Shown here in pieces: positions 37,690-52,536 of a stretch of 64,000 nucleotides of DNA. The position numbers and the translations under genes are program-made. Under the pieces are notes generated by a model. The model made no database searches. It saw nothing but the letters and a program-made list of their open reading frames with translations, and had not been told where the DNA came from. Each line of letters starts with the position of its first letter. The stretch's first letter is position 1. The stretch is from contig CM097885.1 of NCBI GenBank assembly GCA_044892525.1, forward strand, positions 6,512,001 through 6,576,000, read 5' to 3'. This DNA comes from Schmidtea polychroa (lineage: Eukaryota).

Positions 37690-40310
37690 CAACAAATCAA
37701 ACTGATGATTTCAATGATTTCTTCTTTAGTGTTGATAGTTGGCCGTCTGTTTATTATGAGAATTGCTTCCTTAAATCTGAAATTTTTTGTGATGTTTCCA
37801 TTGGCTAAGTCTTAGCCGCTAAGATTTTGATTAAATTATTTTTTCTTTCATTTCTTGGTTGACTTTGTTGGAGATATCTGTATACCGAGGATTTTCCACA
37901 AGGATCTAGATGTTCTTTAACTCTTTGGTACAAGGTCCTGAGCGGGCTTCCAATGTATATTTCCTTTTATACATCGCACGTGAATCAATAGACAATGTTT
38001 TTTCGAAAGCACAGATCTTTCGGTGTCTGAAAGTTTTCCGTTTGCAATTGTTTTTTTGTGTTCTTTTCAAGAGCTTTTCTCAATGTCCAAGATTTATGTG
38101 GTATACGAATTGGAAGGCTAGTGCGTTTCAGTTCATTTAGGATCTTGAAGTCGAGTATGTAATTAATGTATGGGATATTCAGATAAAAATATTTCTTTTT
38201 CATTTTGTGTGTTATTTCCTTAGATATTTCTGGAGTAGAATTCTTTCTTTCAATGTCCTTACCTTGATATATGTTTCTGTATAGGATTTCATTGAAGTTT
38301 ATTTGTTGATTATAGTTTTAGTTTTCTTCAGTACATCGATTGGGTATCCTTTGTTTCTCGTTTTATAGCACGTGTACTTTCTTTAAGTATGGAAGCGCTG
38401 ATCTTTGGCGCATAAATATTTTTTTGCGAGTTGATTTTCTGTAAAACCCGAATGCTGGAGTATCTACTTCTATTTTAATTTTTAAATCCAGTAGATTGAT
38501 TAATCCATCTTCTTCCGGATATTCGATTTCGAACTTAATATCTCGGTGAGCCGCATTGAATGTATGAAATATTTCCTCCGCTTCTTTTCTGGTTTTGGTC
38601 GTGATGAAGATATCATCAACATATCTTGCATAGAAACCGATGGGTTGTATGGTACTCAGTGTCTGTCGTTCGAGGTTATCCATAAAGATGATTGCTAGCA
38701 ATCCTGATATGCTAGAACCCATAGGCAGACCTTTAGCTTGTTTATAGATATTTTGCTCAGTATTCTCGGTATTCATTTCCTTTATTAACAAGTTGCTTTC
38801 TCTTATTTTTTTTATTTTTTTAAAATTTCTTTTCTAAACATTGAATAGCATCTTTTGGATCGATAGATGTGTATAGTGATACGACATCAAGACTGAATGG
38901 GTATCTGAATTCTCTATGAGAAATTGTGTTATTATTTTATCTTGTCATGAGGCAGTCGCCGCTTTGAAAATGATGTGGTATCGTGTCAAATAATGGTTTC
39001 AAGATCTTTGCAAGGCGCCAACTTGTTTCAGATGTTGATCCATTTGTGTTGGACACTTTAGGTCTTATTTTGATAGCAGGACCCTCTTTGTGAATTTTAA
39101 TTTGATGGTTGAAATTGGGAAGATCAGAATGCTTTGTGACGAAGCTGTTGGTTATTTTGTTGTTGAGCTTCATTTCCAAAGCAATGGCTTTCCATACTTT
39201 GTTAATCGTCATTTCGATGGTGTTTGGTGACATGCGGCTGACTCTCTTGTATGTTTCGATGTTGCCGAAGTGTTCATAACCAGCTTCACAGTAACAAAAT
39301 TTCTCTATAATGCAAAATTCTCCCCTTGTCACTTGTTACGTAAACGTATGGTTTCTTTTAAAGGGATTTTAATAGTGCTTGTTCCTCTTTCGTTATGTTT
39401 GAGAGATATGGTTTTCTTTTGTCCTTCTCAACTATCTCCATGATTTTGTGGCAAACCTTTGAAAGTGTTGAATCTAATTCTGCATCAGGATTTGGTTGAT
39501 AGAGTTTATCTGTGTTTATGTATACTGGGAGTTTTTCTTCGTTAATTTCATGATGTATTATATTGTTCCATTTAATCTGATACGCAATGCGACAAAGAGC
39601 TGTTTTGAAATTGAGGATAGCTGCTTCATCTATTTCACTGTTTATACTGAACTTTAATTCTAGTGAAAGTATTCCTTTTTCACACTCGGATAAACAATTT
39701 GCGAGGTCGGTTACCAAATCTTTGTTTTCTCTATTTACTGTAATGCTTACGTTTCCATCCAGTGTTTCATTGTTCGTACTATAGCCTGCTCTGAGCTCCT
39801 TTTTTCTCAAAAGGTATTTGATTCTTTTGTCAAATGCCAGGAAATAATGTGCTTCTGCTGTCATGAAAGCTTGTCTTTGTACCCCGTAGATCAATTCTTT
39901 TGGCTGGTTATTCAAATACGTTTTCAAAATATTTTCTTGATTCTATTGTTCCCGATGAGTTTCTGCGTACATAATTCTAATTAAATTTGTTAATATATAC
40001 TCTTTGATGTCTTTATTTCTCTTAATGTTTTGATCTTTGTTTAGAATCTGAGGTAAGTGGATGTTGTCAATTGTTGTAGGATAGATATTTGTTTCTTTAT
40101 AATTTCTTTGACTTTGAACTTCTCTAAAAAAAGTTTGCCGAGGGGAGTGGGGTATCATCTACTCATGTGTTTTAAATTATGTGTGCTGTGTTTTTATGTA
40201 AAATTATTTTTCCATCAATTTCTCAATTCCTATAATAAAACTTTAAACTTTCGGAACATTAAATTTTTACACAGAGGTAAGTTTGTTTGTTTCTTTAATA
40301 TAATTGTATA
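37690..40310 (-). mobile_element. Penelope-like retroelement, decayed, copy 2
   Basis: RT motifs GLPMGSSIS, RYVDDIF, KIHK..IRPKVS; GIY-YIG as in copy 1. Confidence 0.9.
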
Positions 40311-40330
40311 TATAATAATAATAATATTTA

Positions 40331-40441
<111 letters not shown>

Positions 40442-43400
40442 GAAGAAGTCCCGCGAGAGTAAATACTCACCTCTGAATTAACTTAAGTTTGATATGTATA
40501 TTATAAGGTTTTAAAATTTGGACCTTGGACCTTTCAAAAGTATGCCCATAATACTCACCTTTGAATAAGCTTTTGTTTGATATATACATATTATAAGGTT
40601 TCAAAAAATTCGAAGGTTTTTGACCTATTGAAGGTTGAGGACAAACCATACACCTTCCAGGGTATAATTATTTTATAGCGCTCTTCAAGAACTTCCGAAT
40701 GATAACCATATATATAATTTGACCCTTTCAAATTTGAATATAAGTATTTTGTAATGAGTCACTCCGTTGAGTCATCGATGCCTTTGTTTACCAATGAGTC
40801 ATGGAGCACACTTCTCTCTACTCTTATATCAACAAAACTGTCCCATTTCATTTAATCTGTTGAGTTTTCAATTAAATAAATATTAAAGTCGCTGTTTCTG
40901 ACTGCACGTGTTCTATAAAAACATTTAGACAAACAAAACAACATATTTATGTATAAAATTCGTTAAATATACAATTCACAAAACCTCGAATATCGCAATA
41001 AATGTCTATTCTGACTGTTCAATAAGTTTTCGCTGTGACCACTTTGGTTCTGCACGTTCTATTTGAGATGTCGTTTTATTATTGAAATGCTCGCTTTATT
41101 TGGTAAATAGAAAATGTTGTAAATAAAACAAATCTTAATTTGAACCAGCAATGCAAATCAATAAATCAATAAATCAATAAATCAAAATATTGAAAATCTA
41201 TAAAATATTTTAAAAAATCTCAATTTTCCACTTCGTTATTTCTTTGACAAAATCTTTCCAAATTTTGAGTTTATTCATAGCAGCCCTTCAATGTTATCAT
41301 AATAAAGCATTAAACAATTTGTCTTTTTATTGTAAATTGATTCTACATTAGAGTAAGTCATTGTGATTAAATTATGATAATTTATTGTTTTAATAGGCTA
41401 TTTTTACTATTGTAATTTAAAGGAGATTTATAGTTCAATGCCAATGAAGATGTTTTTATAATAATAAAATCCTGAGTGGAAAAATATTAATTAAAATATT
41501 TTAATTTTATAGAAAATAAATAAATATCAATTTAAAAATAATATTTAATTAATAATTATAAAAAAATCTAAAAAATTTAATTAGTTCAAAAAAAACCAAA
41601 ATTCTTTAAAGGGTCTCACAAAACAGTCAAATATTTAATTTTATTCAGATCTCATTTAAACAAAATTATCTAAAATTTACTAACAATAGACAAAAATAAA
41701 GAAATGTAAAATGAAAGAGTGACAGTCAAATGAATGTCATCAGGTAGAAATTGCCCGCTTATAACAGATCTAATTTGGAAATGGTGTAAAATATTATTGC
41801 TACATAAATTCTGCCTAAATTGCATTTATTTCGTATTTTGTTATAAAAACAAATATTAATTAAAAAATTTGAATGTAAAAATAAATAAATATTAGTATAA
41901 AAATAAACATAAATTACAAAAAACATATGTAAAGCAAATTTATATATATATAAGCCATATTCTTTCGCTTTGCTTTATTGAGATTTCATTTTAATATAAA
42001 ATTATTTAAAATTCTTTTACGAATAAAATTCTTTTTAAATAAAACATTTATTTTGGACATTAGACAAACATAAAAAAATGTAAAATGAAAGCGTTGACCT
42101 TGATGAATCATGTTTTTGTTTAAAAAGTTTTTTTACCACCGGCGGGAGGTGGGGGTTTGTGAGCCAGCGGTGACATGATATAGCGGTGACAACCATCTAC
42201 TATTAAATTATTTTAATATTTTCAGTTAAATAGCTTACGTGAAAATTATGTGAAAATTTTAAAAAATTTTAAATTTGCATCAAATAAATATCTTAGAAAA
42301 CTGAAATTCTGTAAAAATAGGCAAAGCCAATCTAAAACCTTTAGAAAATTTGAGAAAAGCTCGCTTTATTTGGTAAATAGAAAATGTAGCAAATTAAACA
42401 AATATTATTTTGAACCAATAGAATAAGCAGAAAATGTATAAAAACAGATTTCATTTTCAACAATTTGAACCAGCAATGCAAATCAATAAATCAATAGCTT
42501 AGGAAATATTGAAAATCTATAAAATCTTTTAAAAAATCTCAATTTTGCACTTCGTTATTAATTAATAATTATAAAAAAACTTAAAAAAATTAATTAGTTC
42601 AGAAAAAACCAAAATTCTTTAAGGGGTCTCACAAAACAGTCAAATATTTACTTTTATTCAGATCTCATTTAAACAAAATTATCTAAAATTCCACTAACAA
42701 TAGACAAAAATAAAGAAATGTAAAATGAAAGAGTGACAGTCAAATGAATGTCAGGTAGAAATTGTCCGCTTATAACAGATCTAATTTGGAAATGGTGTAA
42801 AATAAATATTTTATTATTGCTACATAAATGCTACCAAAATTGCATTTATTTCGTATTTTGATAAAAAAACAAATATTAATTAAAAAATTGAATATAAAAA
42901 TAAATAAATATTAGTATAAAAATAAACATAAATTACAAAAAACATATGTAAAGCCAAATATATATATATAAGCCATATTCTTTCGCTTTGCTTTATTGAG
43001 ATTTCATTTTAATATAAAATTATTTAAAATTCTTTTCATAAAAACACATTTAAATAAAACATTTATTTTGAACATTAGACAAAGATAAAGAAATGTAAAA
43101 TGAAAGCGTTCAAATATTTGATAAACTCAGTGAAAATGAGAGATTTTGTGACTCTACAGAAGGCTTTGATGTTGAAATGTTCAATGTTTCTATGGATATT
43201 ATTGTTGGGAATGTGATGGAGATTTCAAGGAACTCCTAAAGGTGTAAATTTGGTTGCTGCCTTGAACCTAGCAACATTTTTATAAATATGGAATTGTAAT
43301 TATCGGTAATGATAATGATAATTTGGCTGGCCTTCAAGGGATTCTATCAAATGCATTTTCACCTTCAATTATAAGAAATGCTCAGTTGCAATATTATTAT

Positions 43401-44107
43401 AATAAATTCAAATAAATGATCTGATAGAAATCTAACATGGCTGCCATAATATCTGATCCGCATTGATATAATAGATCAGATAATGACAGCAATTGTGAGA
43501 TCCCCTGATGATGTGTGTTGCATGCTAATAATGACAGCTGTTCAATAAATAATTCAATTTCATATCAATATAATGCTAATTTTCATTGATTTTCTCATTT
43601 ATTGGTGGCGGCAATTCCGATATTATTGATATTTGAGGGAAATTGGTTGAGAAATATAAAATAGCAATTGAAATCTCAATTTGTAAACAAAGCAGCGTAA
43701 CAATTGAGGGGAAATTAAAATGCAAAAATTTCACTTATCGGAAAGAAAATAAAAATTAAAAATGATTCCAAATAGAAAATAAATATTTTGAATATAAAAT
43801 GAAAAAGTAAAAATTTCAAAATATTTCAATTCAAAATCACGAGCAACAATAAAATTTGATTCAAAACAGCTCAATAAATGGATCTGCACAAAGCTCATTA
43901 AATGCTGATCCGATGTGATCCAATCAGCATTAAATGCGGTTACAGCTGATCCACAGCATCAATATGTTGCAATCAGTTTATAATTGGGCAAATGCATCAA
44001 TAACTGATCCAGACAAATTGATCCACCAGCACAAGGCAAATAATAAATCTGATAAAATCCAAAATAAATCAATTTTTATTGAAATGTTTTTTGTAATTTT
44101 CTCGTAA

Positions 44108-45564
44108 TTATTCAATTCTGCACCTGAGCAGCAATTTATCACTTTTGGCTGCAAATTGATAGATTGATTGATAACCAAAATAATTCCAAATTGGATCATT
44201 TCTGTCATTTGACGGTTTCCACCATGCGACAGGATCAGAGTATTGATCACGGCAATATGACTTGCTCATATAAATGCTGCCATTTGCTGGATCGATCACA
44301 TCGATTGTCACGGATTGATTGAAAAGCCAATTTAATTGCTCATCATTTGCCCCACGCATCAAACAGAAACCAGCCATAACCCCATTATCCCCAATCCACA
44401 CCGCCAAGCACATTTTGTAACCGATTGGCCCGGAATAAAATGCCTGGCTGTAAATATCTTCATATCTCTTTTGTTGTGATAATTTATCGATTTGCCATTC
44501 AAAAAATCCATAATTTATATATTTTTCATTTGCTATTTTTCTTTTTTTCGACGGAATTTCATTGGCGCATTTTGCCATTTCAAGCTGCAACTGAATCTCA
44601 AATTCAAACATTTCAGTAAATCAATAAATCACCTTTTCATTATCCTTTTGCAGCCGCTGCTCGCATTTCTCTTTCATCTCATCAATTTGCTGCTGACATT
44701 TTGATTCAATCACCTCAATTTGCTGTCTGACCTGCTTTGCATCAATAAAAATTCAATAATAAATCAAATCAATAATCAAACTTGATTGATTGATCCAATA
44801 TTTGTCTCCATCTCCATTCTCAATGAGCGATTCTCATTCTTCACTGCCACCATTTCCTCATTCAATTCTTCTATTTCTGCTCTGTTCTCCGCCTCTTTCC
44901 TTTCAATATTGCACAATTTCACCTACAATCACAAATATCAATTAAATTAATTACAAATAAAATTTACATTGATATTATCAAATTGTTGTTTGAATTGCGT
45001 CATTTCTCCTTTCAATTCGATAATTTCATTACGCAATTTCATATTCTGATCTCTCATTGCTTGCATCTCATTGCATAAATTACTGATCTGATCAATCAAT
45101 AATTTGCTGTGGCCTTCATTGTTTTCATTGAGATGGGCTTTCATTTCGTCTTTTACCACCTCATTTATTTCACATCCAATTCTATTGAATGGGCATCTGA
45201 TTGGCTGCTTGTTGCATGTTCTCATGTGGCTCTCCATCATGCACAACTCGGTTTTGAATTCACAATTTTGCATTGGACATTTTACAATAACTTCAGATAT
45301 TTGTAAATTCACTGAATGATCCACAGAAACATCTTTAGTGAAAAGAATCGTTAGAACTTCACAATATTTTGCTGCTCCTGGACAGAATTTATCTTTTCCT
45401 TCCAAATAATGCTCAATGCAATCAGAACAAAAGTGACACCCGCAAGGAGCTTGGCAAGCTTTTATCATTAAACATTTGCATATTCTGCACATCAAATCAT
45501 TGCTGATTTCATTATCAAATTCAAATTTATTTCTCTTCATCATTTCCCATATGCTTGAAAACAT
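44108..45564 (-). CDS. TRAF-like protein paralogue, about 439 aa; exons 45564-44968, 44922-44782, 44731-44633, 44590-44108
   Basis: Same domain order and splice sites as copy 1, open frame. MATH exon is 160 aa. Alternative start at 45594. Confidence 0.92.
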
Positions 45565-46299
45565 TTTATCTAAAATTAACAAAATTTTCAACATTTTACA
45601 ATTTTCACAAATGATACTTATTATATTAATTATTTCTGACGTTTAAAATTTCAATATTTATAATTTGTATTTTAATGTAGATAAACAAACAATTTATAAA
45701 TATTGTATTTTAGCTTTGAGTGTAATTCGAAATTTTATTAATGTTAATTTTCATTGTTTTTTTATTTTAAATCTTACAAAATTATTTAAATTAAAATTTG
45801 ATAACATAAAGTAAAATTTTGATGGAAATTTAAATAACAGAAAATCAAAATTAAAAATAGGTCAAAATATAAAAATTAATATTTTTCATAAAAAATTAAA
45901 ATTAAAATATATTAATTTAAAGAATTTTATCTAAAATTAGAATTTATTTGAACAGATTAGAAAGAAATTCAAAATCATCAGAGCAAAAATAGAAATTTAA
46001 CAAAAAATCAATATTGTTAATTCAAATACTTTTTAACAAAATAAAAAAAAAATTTCATTCAATTTTTAAAGAAAAAGATTTGAATAAAATTTTACTCTGT
46101 AACGCTAAACAGGTTATTAGTGTATTCAGGAATTATGGGGTTTTAAAAACAAAAACTTTTTTCAACGTTGTATTTCCAAATGTATTTCTCTTTAGATTCC
46201 TCCTTTTTTCCTAATAAAATACTTCGAAAGTGACCTCATCCCTCGATATTTGTTTTGTGCACTTTCATATTGTACTGTGAACCTTACTCTTACTTTTAC

Positions 46300-47030
46300 G
46301 ACGAGCGGACTCGCTTTCAGGAATCATAGAGAAAAGTTGGGAAATGTGGTTTCTGTGAATTCTGGATATTTTGTATTAGTCATAGACCATTTGGCGGAAC
46401 TTATTGAAACTTATTTATTGGAAATTATTTGAAAGAACTTATTGAACGACCTGGTATGACCAATCAAATATTCAGGCCCAACAGTGCAAATTGAAGTAAT
46501 AGAGATAATTTCTACTGATTTTGGTTCTGAATGATGCAGTTTCTCAAGTACACGAACTATCACAATTCTTTGATGTTATTCAGCGGATTTATACGTTATA
46601 CGGATTTATTGGTTCCAGTTTCAAACGTTAGAACATTCTGTCATTGTTTACAACTAAATCGAATATCAAACTCAAGGCACTGTGCCTAACAAGATGGTCA
46701 TTCCGGGAAGAGTGCATAGCAGATATATTGAGAGCATTGATAAATATAAATCTGATCGAGAAAAGAAAAGATATAATTGAATTTGTTTATCTTCTGGTTG
46801 TGCTCACAAAAAGTTTTCAAAGTGTGAATATTATATCAAATATTGCTCCAGGCTGATAAAATTGACTTAATGAGTGTTTGAACTTTGCTTAAAATTATGT
46901 TTGAACTCATGTCAGCATTCAGGAACAATTCAAATGAATACTATATTGCCAAGGAAATGGCAGTCTCTCTTGCCCACCAATGGTGTGTAGAGACAAATTT
47001 TGGCTTATCGGTTTAGAGGAATGCGGGTTG
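46300..47030 (+). mobile_element. hAT (ZMYM1-type) transposase remnant
   Basis: GLAFRNH.E...NSGYF, YSGPTVQIEVI, FFDVIQRIY, LKALCLTRWS motifs, all disrupted. Confidence 0.75.
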
Positions 47031-47099
47031 TGGTAAATAAATTTGACATACTGCCATCACAGATGATCATCTATTCACAAAGCCGAAAAGGTTACAACA

Positions 47100-48100
47100 G
47101 TATAAAGGTTAGATCATATTACTGTACCTCAGAAGGAATTCATTCCGGCAACTACAGCGGCTAAAGTGGAACAGAAAATGTTATAGAAACCAAGATTACC
47201 CGAATATCCAACAACATCAGAGCAACCACAGGCAATGAGAAGAGGGAAGTCACCAGAAGATTTACCACCACCTCCAACAATATCGATAGGTGAAGAAGAT
47301 GAATACAAAACATGCGTGAGTGAAGCAGAAACAGCGAAATCATCCAAACAACCTACCAGCGCTGCCTACCAGCCGACGGAAGGGACAAAAGTTGCTTCAG
47401 TCAAAGAAAATTAAGAACTAAAAAGATATTAAAACCAAGGTTAAAAAGATATTAAAGAAAATGTTACCGGCAAAAAGAGATAAATTCAAATTTAAATTGA
47501 AGAAGGTTGCCAAACTATCTGAAGAGTCATTGAAAACACCATCCAAAAAGGAGGAAGAAATTAAGATTAGACCAAAAAAAAATATTTAACGAGCCAGACG
47601 ACGAGATCATGGAAGTTGCCTTCTAACCTCCGGTCAAGGAACTGCAAGAAGTAATTCAGGTGAAGTTGGAACCCGTAGTCCACGAAAGATGTTAAAAATC
47701 TCCAAGGAAAATATAATAAAGAAACCTGTGTCGGTTGACGAGAATGGATTCGAACCAATGAGGTAGACAATAGAGGTAGACTTTGGAAACCCAGAGCCAA
47801 AGAGTACGACTACCTACCTGCCACTAGGATGGCTATAAATAACAACCAGAAGTATGATATTTATGATGTAGACGGAATCCATTATGTGGTATCTACCGTC
47901 ATATTAACAAGTGCCTTAGACAATGATAAAGCTTAAGCAGTGAGTTTATAGCCAGAAGTTCTAAAGAAGCGGGAAAATAAACTAAAGCGACAATAGGAAA
48001 TGGTTACAGCACAATGGAATTACGCCTATGCAAGGTTCTAGAACCAGATTCCAACTATCTGGATGTCTAATCAATGCAAGTTGCCCATCAAAATTGCCAT
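47100..48100 (+). pseudogene. Unidentified decayed ORF, probably retroelement or virus derived
   Basis: Purine-rich frames with few stops (PEDLPPPPTISIGEEDEYKTCVSE; WIRTNEVDNRGRLWKPRAKEYDYLPATR). Confidence 0.3.
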
Positions 48101-48899
48101 CGGAACAAATATATATAACTTTATAAAATTGATCGTTCTCGTTACGCCGATATTATATAGTATGATTTAAATATATTTAACGAATTTATGGCATTTTAGT
48201 GGTGTAATTGCTATAATTTTTGTTTATAGTAATTTATTTATCCTAGAATTATATGTAAATATTTGTAATATTATTAAAATCTTGTAAACATGATTTGGAT
48301 TTTAGTATTTCTCGATATGTATAGGTTATATAGTATCATTTAATGAATTTCTGAACCTTAGTAGTATAATTGATATATTTTACTTTTATATTGAATTTTT
48401 ATCTATGAGTAGGCAGGTGGAAGGGCAACGAGTGGAGCGTAAAATCTTATTCATTGTTTTTGGTTATAATTTTATATGTTTTCATCAAAAGTCGTAGATA
48501 TTAATAATCAGCACATCAGCAATCATGAATAAGGTGTATCATGGAGTTATAGAATAGGCAAGGCCCTAGTAGAAGCCGAGAATGATACTTAATTGTCAGA
48601 TCGTCAAATCTTAATAACTACTGCAGACATCTAAATACAATAGATAGGATGATCTTCCAAACTGTTCCTTTCCATTAAGCTTCAAAACAATAAGAAATCC
48701 TATTGGCAGAATTTATTAACACGTTAGCACGACATTTAAAATTAGAAAATGGTTGAAGCTACCAATCCAGTTATCTACAATTTCCCCTTATCAATACTCT
48801 TATAATCATGAGGATATATAATGTATATATAGTAGTACGAAAATTTTGACAACAAGCATAAGACAAGCGCAATAATAATAACGGTAGCTATGAACACAG

Positions 48900-49011
<112 letters not shown>

Positions 49012-50574
49012 TAGAAATTTAAAAATAATGAAAATAATAATTATGCAAGATGAATAACCACTATGAGGATAGTAATAAGTTAGTAAGGATCTTCCTAGTC
49101 ACAATAAGTGACCATAAATTTAAGTTAACAACAACAATAATAAGAATAAAATAAAGATATTTTGGTACTAATAATAATGCCCCTTTTGGTAACGATAAAA
49201 TAGATATATTTTAGTAATGATGATAATGGTCAATTTGGTAATAACAACTCTCAGTTCTAGTGAGAACAAAATACATATTTTTGATAACCCATGCGCCAAC
49301 ATTAATGTTGAGAGGGCATAAGATAAATCGAGCTTTAAAAATGTTATTGGAAATTGAAAAAAGTTTTACTGAAATATTTGAGCATCAAATACTCGCAACA
49401 AAACATTTAATCAAAGTAAACCTTGGATTACTAATATGACTTTCAAAATAATAATCAATGTCGTCACCAACATTCAAAATCTAAATTATCAAAGGTAAAT
49501 TCTGCATCAGTCCCTCTAGCCAATGCAGTAGCTGTTGATTTTGATGCAGGCACAAACCTTCATTTGGAGGTTGCCTTTAATAACTTTATATCTTTTCTCG
49601 TTGTCATTTTTTATATCTGCGCGTTTTAATGTTAAAGATGGCAATGATTCCTCATCAATATCAACATTTAAAGCAATCATTATCACCATAGTTCTATTTC
49701 CTAAATGCATCAAGTATCTACACCTTTACAAGAGGTATTACAATTGTCAGTGCAATCTGATTGGATAATAATTCTTTAAAAGTCATCCGATTTCAAGAGT
49801 TCATTTCAATTCTACAGACGTGTCATAGGAACCTGAAAATCATCTCTATTGTTAAGAAGGAATCATTTATTATCTCTAATGATAAAATATAATAATCGCT
49901 TAGCTTTAGCTGTGTAAGTGTCGGCCTCTTCATAGTAATTAATTGTACAAAATTATTTATTCTACTTATTGTATCCTGAGAAATTATGTTTTTAATTTAT
50001 CAATTCTGACATTCAGCATCAGTTTTTCCTGACCACTGATTATAAAATATGAAGTTGTAGGAATTTTTCCAACTAGTTCAGAACACCAAATTTCAAAATC
50101 ATCGATTTTCAAAGAATTGCAAGTTTCCAGGTCAATGATTGAATGAGAAAGTAAAACATTGCGGAAATAGTTGACAACATAATTTTGTAAGTAATATTAG
50201 TAGAATATTTTACAGCACCTTTCAGGTTTAAATAGTATAGATGAGAAATTATTTCAACTGTGTTATTTGGCAAAGCTGGAAGGAATAAGAGCCGATCTAT
50301 TTCCTTATCATCCTGACTCATTTCATAAAGATCAAATAATCCCAGAGTTAACATAATATCTGAAGCGTTTTTTGAACTGGTTCTTCTTTATCAGATTTGC
50401 TATCAATAATAATTTAACCTCCAGTAAAAGTAATTTCTTTTCAAAATTCTGATTTAATTTTAAATAATGAATTAAATTAATCAAATTATATTTAATTTCA
50501 GGAAATTCAATGTAAAATATTTTTAATTTGAGATCTGGTTAAATTTACTGAATCAGCATTTATAACTTCACTTT

Positions 50575-50735
50575 CATAGCAATCAGAACAACCAGAACTA
50601 TCATAATTATCAGAACTATCAGAACAATTAGAAATATCAGACCTATTTGAACTATCAGAGCAATCAGAAATATCCTAACTACCAGAGCTACCAGAAATAT
50701 CAGAGCAATCAGAGCTATCAGAGTTACCAGAAATT
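50575..50735 (-). repeat. Degenerate 9-bp tandem repeat (atcagaact-like) encoding Ser-Asp-X
   Basis: Minus frame reads SGNSDSSDCSDISGSSGS*DISDCSDSSNRSDISNCSDSSDSSD. Confidence 0.7.
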
Positions 50736-51308
50736 GTAAGATCCTCATCATAAAGTCTCCATTGACATTTATCTCCGATTTTACAATAAAGTCCGGTAAT
50801 TGTTTCTGCAGTTTAAGAACTTGAAGTTAATCAGAACAGTTAATGAGATGTCTACTTACCATAAATGCATATTGATCATTTATTTCCGACTTTGGTAGTC
50901 ATGGACAGCTATTTTGGAAATGTGATTAGTCGGTGAAAGTCAAAGAACAGGCATCCAGACTGTCCCACCACATATTTTTACTGGAGACGCTGTCGGGCAT
51001 TAAAGATTTGTCTTCTACATCAAGTCAGAAAATAGTTACAAAGAACTAATAAATAATTAATAATAATAAAATCGCGACATTTATGATCCCATACATCAAG
51101 TCACAAAATAATTATAAAGAACTAATAAATAACCACTAATAATAAGTACACAACAGAAGGTAAGGTAGTGCAATCATTATGATCAGATGAGATGGAGGTG
51201 GAGTTGGATTCAGAATAGGTATTATTTCTAGAAGGTATGAATTGTTGAGCTACAACATCATTGAGTAAAGGATCCTCAGGTATTTCAGTAGTAGACAATA
51301 GACTAGAT

Positions 51309-52536
51309 CAGCGTTTCCCAAAGTGTGTTCCACGGAACCCTGGGGTTCCGTGGACTGATAGCAGGGGTTCCGCGAACATTTTGTAAATAAATATATAATT
51401 TATAAAAGAAAACATTTATCAATAAAGATAAATAAATAATTCTCGATTTTATTCGATCCAATTTAAAATTCTTTTTCAAATATTTTTCAAAGGGAAACTA
51501 CAGTTTTTGTAATTATATTGTTTTAAAATACGCATTAAAAATACGAATTTAAAATTTGTTTTAAAAAAATTTAATAATAAAAAGATAAGTTATTTTTTCA
51601 TTTTTTGAAAATATTCGTATGAGTAATTTTTTATCATCGATAAATTTTGTGAATAGTTAACCCAAATTTTTGTGATGATGGAACATTGTTTAAAACAAGA
51701 GACTTTAAAAAATAAAAACACCTACTGCTGACAACAATACTGCTGAAGATATTTCTGAAGAACCGAAGCCTAACACTTCTACAAAAAGTGATCATTCTCT
51801 ATTAAAAATACCAACAAATGAGTCAATCTTGTGTATAAAAAACGAAAAAAGGGTTCGTCGTTTTGCTTGTTTTTGTACATTATAATTTTGGCAAGTCAAT
51901 AGAAGAAGATTTACTTTTATGCAATTTTTTAGAAACAACTTTAAACAGCATTCAAAATTTTATGAAAACACATGATAATAATTGGCTTAAGTGTATTGAT
52001 GTTTGTAGTGATGGTGCAAAATCAAGGGTTGGGAAAACTGCGGGCGTTATATCGAGAATTAAAAATATTGTACCAACTTGTAGCAGCAGTCATTGTGTCC
52101 TTATTACGCACGCTCTTGTATGTAAGAAAATTTCTATTGACTTGAAAACTGTTTTGAATGAATTGTTATTTTATTAAGGCGCCACTGCAGTCGAGGCTCT
52201 TCAAAATTATTTGTGAAGACATGGGAAATCAACACACCGCTCTTCTTTGACAATCAGAAGTAAGGTGGTTGTCGCGAGGCAAAGTTTTATTCCGAGTTTT
52301 TGAATTATGGCGAAAGCTTGCTATGTTTTTTATCCGGAGCGGGACATTTCAGTCCAACCGTTTCAATCCTGGTCAAATCAGTCCCATCTTAATCAGTCCC
52401 GTCTGCTTCAGTCTCAACCAATTTACCTCATATTATTATTCCCAATGTTAAAATTCTAAGATTTTTGTAAAAAGGGTTCCGTCAAAAATTTGAAATCTAA
52501 AAGGGTCCCGCGGTGAAAAAACTTTGGAAAACGATG
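51309..52536 (+). mobile_element. hAT Buster/Charlie element, internally deleted
   Basis: TIRs cagcgtttcccaaagt / actttggaaaacgatg with perfect 8-bp TSD GACTAGAT. Transposase remnant CSDGAKS..G..HC..H.L and EVRWLSRGKVL.RVFEL. Confidence 0.93.
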
